Shown: piece after piece, positions 46,374 through 54,723 of the stretch
Layout: each line of letters begins with the position of its first letter
Numbering within the stretch: position 1 is the first letter of the stretch
Assembly (NCBI GenBank): GCA_045578725.1
Contig: JAZNKS010000105.1
Coordinates: 1,423 to 65,422 of the forward strand
Direction of reading: 5' to 3'
DNA length: 64,000 bases
From: Candidatus Flemingiibacterium sp.
GTDB taxonomy: Bacteria > Bacillota > Clostridia > Oscillospirales > CAG-272
Position numbers and translations under genes: made by a program
The notes under the pieces: generated by a model
Databases searched by the model: none
Seen by the model: the letters and a program-made list of their open reading frames with translations, nothing else
Told to the model about the DNA's origin: nothing

Positions 46374-47675
46374 TCAATCCTCCGTATCAAAATTCTCCAG
46401 TCCCTTTTTCGGGAGAGGCTTTCCGTCGCCGTGCTTTACCAGTGACATGGTAACAAAGGAAAGTGCGGAGAAGATCACCGCATACGGGAAGAGCACCGAA
46501 TAGCCGAGTCCCAGCCGGTCGATCAGAAAGCCGGACAGAAGAGGGGTTGTAATCTGCGCCGCCATCGAAAAGGTGTAATAAAAGCCGGTGTATTTTCCCA
46601 CATTCGCGCCGCTGCTCATCTCCACAACCATCGGGAAGGAATTGACGTTAATCGCCGCCCATCCGATGCCGACCAGAGCAAAAATCAGATACATCGCCGG
46701 TGTCTGCTCCGTGATGAAGACGGCAATGGCATAGCAGGCTGTCATCAGCGCCACGCCGCAGAGCACGGTCTTCTTCCGTCCCAGTGCGCCCGAAAGCCAT
46801 CCCAGCGGGACAAAGGCCGCAATCGCCGATACGGTCGCCGTCAGCAAAAAGCCGGAGGACACACCAAGGTCCACATTCCATACATTCACGCAGTAGCGCG
46901 AAAAGGCAGTTGTCACCGCATTGTATGCCATAAACCAGAGAAAGACCGAGAGCAGAATCAGCACAAGGCTGATAAAAACCGGCTTTTCAAGCCTGCCGCC
47001 TGCGGACGCCGTTTTTTCATCCGCCTCATCCTGCACGCCCGCCTCCCGGATCAGCTTATTTTCCCGGATCCCGATGACCATAACCAGTACGGAGATCAGC
47101 ATAAAGGCGGCGATCACGAGAAAAATCGGGGTGAAGGACTGATCCTCGGCATAAACCGTTTGTCCGTCGGCGGACTTATCGCTTCGCAGAAGGAACATCA
47201 TCATGACGGTCGAGAAGATGCCGCCGATATAGCCCACCAGATTGATGATGGCATTGGCCTTGCTTCTCAGCGGCTTTGGCGTGACATCCGGCATATAGGC
47301 AACCGCCGGTGTGCGGTAGGTTGCCATGACAAACAGGAGCACCATCAGACATACAACAAAGCCGACAAAGCTATGTGTGCTGACAAAATACGCCAGACCC
47401 AGCATCAGAATCACCGCCGCCAGCGTTCCGAACAGAATATAGGGAGTCCGCCGTCCGAGGCGGGTTCGGGTGCGGTCGGAGAGCATACCGAACAGCGGGA
47501 GCATAAAGATGGCCAGAATATTATCCACCGACATAATGGCATTGGCTGTGAAGGTGGACAGGCCAAAATGATTTTCCAGAAGATAGGGGATCACCTGATC
47601 GTAAAACTGCCAGAAGGCCAGGATCGACATAAACGCAAGTCCGATCCAGACCGTCCGTTTGATATTCAGCTTCAT
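46374..47675 (-). CDS. MFS transporter (sugar/glycoside type)
   Basis: 12 TM; GMLSDRTRTRLGRRTPY motif A. Confidence 0.9.
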   Translation of the reverse strand: MKLNIKRTVWIGLAFMSILAFWQFYDQVIPYLLENHFGLSTFTANAIMSVDNILAIFMLPLFGMLSDRTRTRLGRRTPYILFGTLAAVILMLGLAYFVSTHSFVGFVVCLMVLLFVMATYRTPAVAYMPDVTPKPLRSKANAIINLVGYIGGIFSTVMMMFLLRSDKSADGQTVYAEDQSFTPIFLVIAAFMLISVLVMVIGIRENKLIREAGVQDEADEKTASAGGRLEKPVFISLVLILLSVFLWFMAYNAVTTAFSRYCVNVWNVDLGVSSGFLLTATVSAIAAFVPLGWLSGALGRKKTVLCGVALMTACYAIAVFITEQTPAMYLIFALVGIGWAAINVNSFPMVVEMSSGANVGKYTGFYYTFSMAAQITTPLLSGFLIDRLGLGYSVLFPYAVIFSALSFVTMSLVKHGDGKPLPKKGLENFDTED

Positions 47676-47876
47676 AAGCATTGTCCTTTCCGCGCGTTGG
47701 CGCAAGCTCTGTGTTTATTATATCATACCTATCCGCAAAACACAAGTCCCGCGCCAAAAGCTAAACAAATTTTTGAGCTTCTGTTTATAAATTGTAAATT
47801 TCATCCGCCTTATATACAAATCGCAGAAAATATGTTATAATAGATACAAGAAATTCTTCTGAAAGGTGGAAGCTGC

Positions 47877-48569
47877 GTGAAACATTCTACTTCCGGCACG
47901 CCCGGGCAGACCTATGATAAAAGCCGTTTTCGTGAGGTAAAGCACCCGTCGGTCATTCCTTATTATGCCGTGGCCGTCAGCTGGCTGGTATTTGCCCTGT
48001 TTTTTCCGATGTACAAGCCCGTGCATTTTATCCTGCCGGCGCTGATTACCGCCGCCGAGCTTCTGCTTCTCGGCCGGATCTTCCCGCCGCGCACGGAATA
48101 CATCCCGATCCCCTACGAGGCACCGAAGGCCGGTATCGACGAGGTTGACCGCGTAATCGCGGGCGGTGCCGAATATGTACGGAAATTCGACAGAATTGCC
48201 GCCGAGCTTCAGAGTGTCGATCCCAAGATCACCGCGAAGGTGCTGGAGCTGCGCGAGCTGATGAACACCATCTTCACCTGTGTTGCCAAAAATCCCGACA
48301 AGCTTTCCCGGATCCGGCGCTTCATGAACTTCTACCTGCCGACCCTGGAAAAGCTGATGAATACCTATCTTGAGCTGAACGCCCAGAAAATCAAGGGTGA
48401 GAACATCACGAAAACCCTCGCCGGCATCGAAGAGGTGCTTGACACCGTAAAGCCCGCCTTTGAGCGCCAGCTGGACAATCTCTACGAGGATCAGGCCATC
48501 GACATCTCCGCCGATATCACCGTGCTGGAGCAGATGCTGGCACACGAATCCGTCACCGACAACCGATAA
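47877..48569 (+). CDS. XpaC-like (5-bromo-4-chloroindolyl phosphate hydrolysis family) membrane protein
   Basis: Two N-terminal TMs; RRFMNFYLPTLEKLMNTY...AFERQLDNLYEDQAIDISADITVLEQML; precedes telA. Confidence 0.85.
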   Translation: MKHSTSGTPGQTYDKSRFREVKHPSVIPYYAVAVSWLVFALFFPMYKPVHFILPALITAAELLLLGRIFPPRTEYIPIPYEAPKAGIDEVDRVIAGGAEYVRKFDRIAAELQSVDPKITAKVLELRELMNTIFTCVAKNPDKLSRIRRFMNFYLPTLEKLMNTYLELNAQKIKGENITKTLAGIEEVLDTVKPAFERQLDNLYEDQAIDISADITVLEQMLAHESVTDNR

Positions 48570-48596
48570 CGATAACCTGTAAGGAGAATACCGATC

Positions 48597-49739
48597 ATGG
48601 ACAGCAAGCAGATTCCCGAGCTTACCCTCACGCCCTTCGCCGCCGAGGCCGAGGACAAAACCATTCCCACGCCCGAAACCGCCGTTGTTTCCCCCGCCGA
48701 GGCCGCACCCGAAACCGCCATCGTGCTGACCCCCGAGGAGCAGAAGATGGTCAGCGATTTCGCCGCGCGCATTGATATCACCGACCCGAATATCGTTCTG
48801 CAGTACGGAGCCGGCTCCCAGCAGAAGATCGCTAACTTCTCGGACAGCGCTCTTGACAATGTCAAAACGCAGGATCTGGGTGAGGTCGGCGAGATGATCA
48901 CCGGTCTGCTCGGCGAGCTCCGCGATTTTGAGGAGGAGGAAAGCCGCGGCATTCTCGGTTTCTTCAAAAAGCAGGGCAACAAGATCGAAAAGATGAAGGC
49001 CAAGTACGATAAGGTCGAGGTCAATGTCGAAAAAATCACCGCAGGCCTTGAACAGCATCAGGTCAAGCTGATGAAGGATGTTGCCGTTCTCGATCAGCTC
49101 TACGATGTCAATCTGACCAACTTCAAGGAGCTTTCCATGTATATTCTCGCCGGCAAGCAGAAGCTGGAGGAGGTCCGCAGCGTGAATGTTCCGGCGCTTG
49201 TGGAGCGTGCCAACCAGTCCGGTCTTCCCGAGGATGCACAGGCCGCCAAGGATATGATGGATATGTGCGACCGCTTTGAAAAGAAGATCCACGATCTGGA
49301 GCTCACCCGCAACATTTCGATTCAGATGGCACCGCAGATCCGCCTGATCCAGAACAATGACACCGTCATGTGCGAAAAAATCCAGACAACGATTGTCAAT
49401 ACCATACCGCTCTGGAAGAGCCAGATGGTCATCGCGCTCGGTCTGGCCCACTCCCAGGAGGCCCTCAAGGCCCAGCAGCAGGTCACCGATCTGACCAACG
49501 AGCTGCTGAAAAAGAATGCCGAAGCCCTCAAGCTCTCCACGCTTGAAACGGCAAAAGCCTCCGAGCGCGGTATTGTCGATGTCGAAACGCTGAAGCAGAC
49601 CAACGAAACGCTGATTTCCACGCTGGACGAGGTTATGCAGATTCAGAATGACGGCCGTCAGAAGCGCCGCGAGGCCGAACAGGAGCTGGCCCGCATCGAA
49701 AACGAGCTGAAAAACAAGCTGCTGGCCATGAAAGGCTGA
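48597..49739 (+). CDS. TelA/YaaN toxic anion resistance protein
   Basis: LQYGAGSQ, RFEKKIHDLEL, QMAPQIRLIQ, TIPLWKSQ, NELLKKNAE, ERGIVDVETL. Confidence 0.93.
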   Translation: MDSKQIPELTLTPFAAEAEDKTIPTPETAVVSPAEAAPETAIVLTPEEQKMVSDFAARIDITDPNIVLQYGAGSQQKIANFSDSALDNVKTQDLGEVGEMITGLLGELRDFEEEESRGILGFFKKQGNKIEKMKAKYDKVEVNVEKITAGLEQHQVKLMKDVAVLDQLYDVNLTNFKELSMYILAGKQKLEEVRSVNVPALVERANQSGLPEDAQAAKDMMDMCDRFEKKIHDLELTRNISIQMAPQIRLIQNNDTVMCEKIQTTIVNTIPLWKSQMVIALGLAHSQEALKAQQQVTDLTNELLKKNAEALKLSTLETAKASERGIVDVETLKQTNETLISTLDEVMQIQNDGRQKRREAEQELARIENELKNKLLAMKG

Positions 49740-49771
49740 TAAATGTCAGCCGCAATTCACGGAGGTAAGGA

Positions 49772-50326
49772 ATGAGCCTGCTGAAAAAACGTCCGATCGC
49801 CATCCTGATCATGATTGCCGCGATCCTGCTCGGCACTCTGATCGGATGCTGGCGTTCTCTCACCGCCGAGAAGCAGAAGGTTGAGGACTGCTTCTACAGC
49901 GGTTCGCTCGGTGACGGTTACTCCATCCAGAGCGATCTGGAATACATCAATGCGACCGCCGGCAATCTGAAGACGGTGGCGCTCCGCTATCTGGCCGCCG
50001 ATTCACCGGCTATCACGGAACTGAATTCCGCCAGAAGCGCGCTGACCGAGGCGGAAACCGTCAAGGAGAAGTATATCGCCTCCATCTCGCTCTATGAGGC
50101 GGTGACCAATCTGCACGGCGCGCTGGATCCCGGAGAGCTGGATATGAATTCCACCGATGAGCGCTTCCGCTCCAGCCTGTATGACGATATTTCCTCGGCG
50201 ATGCAGCGGATTTCCCACAATGAATACAACGATGCCGCCCGCGCCTTCAACAGCGCGCTCGGCGGATTTCCGGCGGCCCTGATTTCCGGGCTGATCGGAC
50301 TGCAGCCGGCCCAGCTGTTCGGCTGA
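49772..50326 (+). CDS. LemA-like membrane-anchored helical protein
   Basis: N-terminal TM; C-terminal YNDAARAFNSALGGFPAALI matches the LemA end motif. Confidence 0.68.
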   Translation: MSLLKKRPIAILIMIAAILLGTLIGCWRSLTAEKQKVEDCFYSGSLGDGYSIQSDLEYINATAGNLKTVALRYLAADSPAITELNSARSALTEAETVKEKYIASISLYEAVTNLHGALDPGELDMNSTDERFRSSLYDDISSAMQRISHNEYNDAARAFNSALGGFPAALISGLIGLQPAQLFG

Positions 50327-50348
50327 TTCTTCGAAGGAGAAAACCGTA

Positions 50349-51293
50349 TTGATTCATAGATCCTTCCGGGCCGCGACGATGCTTCTGCTTGCCGCGGTCC
50401 TCTTTTCCCTCTCGCTGACGGCATCCGGCATTCCGGAGCCGTCCAAAGAATTCTACGTCCTCGATTCGTCCGGTGTCATCGATGCCGGAACGGAGGCGTA
50501 TATCATCGAAAAAAACGATGCGCTCTTTGATGCCGTCGGAGCACAGATTGTGGTTGTTACCGTGGATTTTGTCCCAAACGGCGATCTGGAGCAGTATGCC
50601 TATAGTCTGTTCAATAGCTGGCAGATCGGTTCCGACGAAGAGAACAACGGCATTCTCCTGCTGATCTCGGTCGGCGACGATGATTATTGGTGTTTGCAGG
50701 GCAAGGGGCTGGAGGCCTCGCTGTCCAGCGGTACCATCGGTAATCTGCTGGAGGATTATCTGGAGCCGGATTTTGCACGGCAGAATTACAGCGCCGGCAT
50801 CCGCAAGGTCTTCGATGCTCTCTATGAACAGCTTGCCGCCATCAGCGGCTGGACACCGGAATCCGTTGATACCGGCATTACCGAGCCGCTCCGTCCGGTT
50901 GATCCGGAGCCGATTTATCGGCCGGAGAAGCCCGGATCGGCCGTCCCGCGAAGCGGCGGCTTTCTGAAAACGCTTTTGATTGTCATCCTTGCCGTCATGC
51001 TGATCCGCAGCTTCACCTCCGGCGGTGTCTATGCGGGAGGCGGAACCTCCTCCGGATGCGGCGGTTTTCTGCTCGGTCTGCTGCTTGGAAACAGCTTCGG
51101 TCATTCGACGCACAGCCGTCCCTTCGGCCGCAGTACCGGCGGATTTGGCTCACGTCCCTTCGGCGGTCATTCCGGCGGCTTTGGTGGAAATTCCGGCGGC
51201 TTTGGCGGAAATTCCGGCGGAAACCGTTCACGCGGTCCGAGAAGCGGAGGCGGCGGAAGCTCACGCGGCGGCGGCGCCGGGCGCAGACGTTAA
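50349..51293 (+). CDS. TPM-domain membrane protein with Gly-rich cytoplasmic tail
   Basis: YVLDSSGVI, AQIVVVTV, LFNSWQIG..NNGILLL, GKGLE; TM; GGGGSSRGGGAGRR end; TTG start after GAAGGAG. Confidence 0.9.
   Translation: MIHRSFRAATMLLLAAVLFSLSLTASGIPEPSKEFYVLDSSGVIDAGTEAYIIEKNDALFDAVGAQIVVVTVDFVPNGDLEQYAYSLFNSWQIGSDEENNGILLLISVGDDDYWCLQGKGLEASLSSGTIGNLLEDYLEPDFARQNYSAGIRKVFDALYEQLAAISGWTPESVDTGITEPLRPVDPEPIYRPEKPGSAVPRSGGFLKTLLIVILAVMLIRSFTSGGVYAGGGTSSGCGGFLLGLLLGNSFGHSTHSRPFGRSTGGFGSRPFGGHSGGFGGNSGGFGGNSGGNRSRGPRSGGGGSSRGGGAGRRR
51170..51220 (+). repeat. 21-bp tandem repeat (about 2.4 copies) encoding SGGFGGN
   Basis: TTCCGGCGGCTTTGGYGGAAA x2 + TTCCGGCGG. Confidence 0.8.
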
Positions 51294-51308
51294 CACAATC
51301 GTTTTTTG

Positions 51309-51343
51309 AGGTTTGCTGTACCTGCGTGCAGCAAACCTTTTTT
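51309..51343 (+). terminator. terminator of xpaC-telA-lemA-TPM operon
   Basis: AGGTTTGCTGTAC/GTGCAGCAAACCT stem + T-tract. Confidence 0.78.
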
Positions 51344-51450
51344 CGGCATAAGTGTTTCTCGCCGAACATAGGATGGAGCAGACCGACTCCCGCCTGTTAT
51401 GTCGGTTTCGGCCGGACGGCAAAAAAAATGAAAAATTTTCCCGAAAAAGG

Positions 51451-51537
51451 TTGACAAACCGGTTTTGACGTGGTATACTATATGTCGGTTAGAGGCTGCT
51501 AACCGTTTTTTACGGCCGCAGGTTAGCCTTAGCTAAC
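51451..51537 (+). promoter_or_regulatory. feoB promoter with two GTTAG-N6-CTAAC operator boxes
   Basis: TTGACA-17-TATACT (51451-51479); palindromes at 51488-51503 and 51522-51537. Confidence 0.78.
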
Positions 51538-51605
51538 TGTCTGCAGGAGAATACCGATGCCGTCCGAACTGCATCGGTGTCCTATAATATTCAGGAGGAA
51601 TCTGT

Positions 51606-53603
51606 ATGAGAATCGCGCTTGCCGGAAACCCCAACTCCGGTAAAACAACCATGTTCAATGCCCTCACCGGTCAGAATGAAAAGGCCGGCAACTGGGCGGG
51701 CGTCACCGCCGACAAGAAGGAGCACCCGATTAAGAAGGCCTACTTCGGCGGAAGCGAAACGCTCGTCGCCGTTGACCTTCCCGGTGCCTACTCCATGTCG
51801 CCGTTCACCTCGGAGGAGAGCATCACCAGCTCGTATGTCAAGAACGAGAACCCCGATGCCATCATCAACATCGTGGATGCCACCAACCTTTCAAGAAGCC
51901 TGTTCTTCACCACCCAGCTTTTAGAGCTCGGCGTGCCGGTTGTTGTGGCGCTGAACAAGAGCGACCTCAATGACAAGAAGGGCAATAAGGTCGATGCCGA
52001 CACGCTGTCCGAAAAGCTCGGCTGCCCGGTCATCGGAACCACCGCCACCTCCGCCGAAGGCCTGAAGGCCGTTGTGGAAGCGGCCGTCGCTATCGCCGGC
52101 AAGGATCAGAGCGCTCCCTACAAGCAGGATGACATCGATCTGACCGATAAAGCCGCTGTCGAAGCGGCTGACCGCAAGCGCTTCGCCTTTGTAAACGGTA
52201 TCGTCAAGGAAGTCGAAAACCGCAAGGTTCTCACCAAGGATGAGAATTTCGGCGACAAGATCGACGCCGTTCTCACCAACAAATGGCTCGGCATTCCGAT
52301 CTTCGCCGTTGTCATGTTCCTCGTATTCCAGATTTCGCAGGTATGGGTCGGCACTCCGATTGCCGATCTTCTCGTCGGCTGGCTGGAAACCTTCCAGGGC
52401 TGGGTCGGTGAACTGCTTGCCGATGCTTCGCCCCTGCTCTCCGCCATTCTCGTTGACGGCATCATCGGCGGTGTCGTCGCCGTTGTCGGCTTCCTCCCGC
52501 TGGTCATGGTTATGTACTTCCTGATCGCACTCCTCGAGGACTGCGGCTACATGGCCCGCGTTGCCGTTGTTCTGGACCCGATCTTCAAAAAGGTCGGCCT
52601 CTCCGGCAAGTCGGTTATTCCCTTCGTCATCACCATCGGATGCGCCGTTCCCGGCATCATGGCATCCCGTACCATCCGCAGCGAGCGTGAGAGAAGAGCC
52701 ACCGCGATGCTCTCACCGTTCATGCCCTGCGGCGCCAAGATTCCCGTCATCGCTCTCTTTGCCGGTGCCTTCTTTGACGATGCCGGCTGGGTCAGCACCG
52801 TGATGTACCTCTCCGGTATCGTACTGATCTTCCTCTGCGCCCTGCTCATCAATAAGATTACCGGATACAAGGCAAGGAAGTCCTACTTCATCATCGAGCT
52901 CCCCGAATATAAGATTCCCTCCTTCTGGGGTGCCTTCAAGTCCATGTGCAGCCGCGGATGGGCGTACATCGTAAAGGCCGCCACCATCATCCTCCTCTGC
53001 AACATGGTTGTTCAGCTCATGCAGACCTTCACCTGGACCTTCGCCGTTGCCGAGATTGCCGATGAATCCATCCTCGCTTCCATCGCGCGTCCCTTCGCTT
53101 ATCTCCTCGTTCCGATCATCGGCGTTCTTTCCTGGCAGATGGCGGCTGCAGCCATTACCGGCTTCATCGCCAAGGAAAACGTTGTCGGCACGCTGGCTGT
53201 CTGCTTTGTCGGCCTTGACAACCTCATCGACACCGAGGAGCTCGCCCTCATGGAGGGTGCGGGTGCCGAGGTTGCCGGCATCATGGCCATCTCCAAGGCT
53301 GCCGCTCTGGCTTACCTGATGTTCAACCTGTTCACGCCTCCCTGCTTCGCCGCAATCGGTGCTATGAATGCGGAAATGAAGTCGGCCAAGTGGCTCTGGG
53401 GTGGCATCGGTCTTCAGCTGGCCGTCGGCTACACCGTTGCCTATTTCGTCTACACCGTCGGCACGCTCGTCACGGGCGGTGCGCTGAACATCGGTGCCGC
53501 AATCGCCGGTCTGGCCGCCATCCTGGCTATGGTCGCTGTGATTCTGTTCATCATCAACAACACCAACAAAAAGCTCAAGGCGGACTACGCGCTGAGCAAG
53601 TAA
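51606..53603 (+). CDS. feoB: ferrous iron transporter B
   Basis: GNPNSGKTT, NWAGVT, DLPG, NKSD G-motifs; LEDCGYMAR, GCAVPGIMASRTI, PFMPCGAK, AKENVV, PPCFAAI. Confidence 0.96.
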   Translation: MRIALAGNPNSGKTTMFNALTGQNEKAGNWAGVTADKKEHPIKKAYFGGSETLVAVDLPGAYSMSPFTSEESITSSYVKNENPDAIINIVDATNLSRSLFFTTQLLELGVPVVVALNKSDLNDKKGNKVDADTLSEKLGCPVIGTTATSAEGLKAVVEAAVAIAGKDQSAPYKQDDIDLTDKAAVEAADRKRFAFVNGIVKEVENRKVLTKDENFGDKIDAVLTNKWLGIPIFAVVMFLVFQISQVWVGTPIADLLVGWLETFQGWVGELLADASPLLSAILVDGIIGGVVAVVGFLPLVMVMYFLIALLEDCGYMARVAVVLDPIFKKVGLSGKSVIPFVITIGCAVPGIMASRTIRSERERRATAMLSPFMPCGAKIPVIALFAGAFFDDAGWVSTVMYLSGIVLIFLCALLINKITGYKARKSYFIIELPEYKIPSFWGAFKSMCSRGWAYIVKAATIILLCNMVVQLMQTFTWTFAVAEIADESILASIARPFAYLLVPIIGVLSWQMAAAAITGFIAKENVVGTLAVCFVGLDNLIDTEELALMEGAGAEVAGIMAISKAAALAYLMFNLFTPPCFAAIGAMNAEMKSAKWLWGGIGLQLAVGYTVAYFVYTVGTLVTGGALNIGAAIAGLAAILAMVAVILFIINNTNKKLKADYALSK

Positions 53604-53661
53604 TCCCGCAAAAGCAAGGGGATGCGCAATGGGGGCGCATCCCCTGCTCTCGGGGGTATGA

Positions 53662-53677
53662 GTTAGCACAGGCTAAC
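53662..53677 (+). promoter_or_regulatory. third GTTAG-N6-CTAAC box before DUF2325 gene
   Basis: GTTAGcacaggCTAAC, just after a GC hairpin (53618-53644). Confidence 0.7.
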
Positions 53678-53702
53678 CGATATCATTCAAAGGAGCACCC
53701 AC

Positions 53703-53978
53703 ATGAGTATTGTCATTCTGGGCGGAAATGAATGCATGACCCGCCGGTATATGGATCTGTGCGGCCAATACAAATGCAAGGCCAAGGTCTATCCGAAAAT
53801 GTCCTGCGGGCTTCGCAATATCGGATGCCCCGATCTTCTGGTTCTCTTCACCGACACAATCTCCCACAAAATGGTACACTGTGTGATGGGGGATCTTGAC
53901 AGCCGCACGCGGATTGCCCGCTCTCACAGCAGCTCCATGTCGGCGCTGAAGAATATTCTCGAAGAGCATATCGGCTGA
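53703..53978 (+). CDS. DUF2325 family protein
   Basis: MSIVILGGNECM...DLLVLFTDTISHKM...HSSSMSALK; RBS AAGGAG. Confidence 0.85.
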   Translation: MSIVILGGNECMTRRYMDLCGQYKCKAKVYPKMSCGLRNIGCPDLLVLFTDTISHKMVHCVMGDLDSRTRIARSHSSSMSALKNILEEHIG

Positions 53979-53987
53979 AATACAGCG

Positions 53988-54026
53988 GCCCCGGAATCGG
54001 CCACAAACCGATTCCGGGGCTTTTCT
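53988..54026. terminator. terminator between convergent genes
   Basis: GCCCCGGAATCGG...CCGATTCCGGGGC + T-tract. Confidence 0.78.
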
Positions 54027-54713
54027 TTATATGACGCCGAACAGAATAAATCCGATGGTATTGATGGCGAAATTGGCCGCCATATGGACAAACCAGGACG
54101 GATAGATGTTTCCGAGCCGATCATTCAGAGTGTTGAAGATCAGGCCCCCGGCAATCAGACCGGCCATAATCAGAACCAGCACCGCAGGATGGAACATCCC
54201 GATCAGCATCCCGGTATGATAGACGGCAAACAGCACCGGGCTGAACAGATACGCCAGCCGGATGTCCACGTATTTCTTCAGTGTGATGAAGCCGAAGCCG
54301 CGGAAAAAGAATTCCTCCAGAAACGAATTCATGACAGATATATATATCGCAACCCAGACAAAATTGTCAGCGGTGATTCCCATCTCCGAGGTCAGGCTGG
54401 AGGTGACATTGGAATAATCGATGATATCCCGGGTCAGAAAAAAGCCGCCGAGAATCACGCCGAAAATCACCGTGCCGAGCAGGAGCGACATAGCCAGCCC
54501 CTTCTTTTTGAAGCGGAAGAGCGTTCCGAAGGCCGGCCATTCCTCCCGCCAGATTGCGAAGAACAGCATCGGCAGGGCGAGGAAGAAAAGAATCTTGATC
54601 GGAATCTTGGAGAAATACGGCGGCTGTACCACCGCATCAATCCAGGTCACAGCGAGCGAAAAAGCGATCACCGACAGAAGAATATACCACTTTTGAGCCG
54701 TTATCCGTTTCAT
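54027..54713 (-). CDS. CPBP (Abi/CAAX) family intramembrane metalloprotease
   Basis: LEEFFFRG, FAVYH, HMAAN motifs; multiple TMs. Confidence 0.9.
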   Translation of the reverse strand: MKRITAQKWYILLSVIAFSLAVTWIDAVVQPPYFSKIPIKILFFLALPMLFFAIWREEWPAFGTLFRFKKKGLAMSLLLGTVIFGVILGGFFLTRDIIDYSNVTSSLTSEMGITADNFVWVAIYISVMNSFLEEFFFRGFGFITLKKYVDIRLAYLFSPVLFAVYHTGMLIGMFHPAVLVLIMAGLIAGGLIFNTLNDRLGNIYPSWFVHMAANFAINTIGFILFGVI

Positions 54714-54723
54714 ACGATCCTCC

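Noticed and set aside
51121..51293. Repeats at the end of the TPM gene as a CRISPR or mobile repeat
   Set aside because: In-frame Gly-rich coding repeats without spacers; no cas genes in the window.
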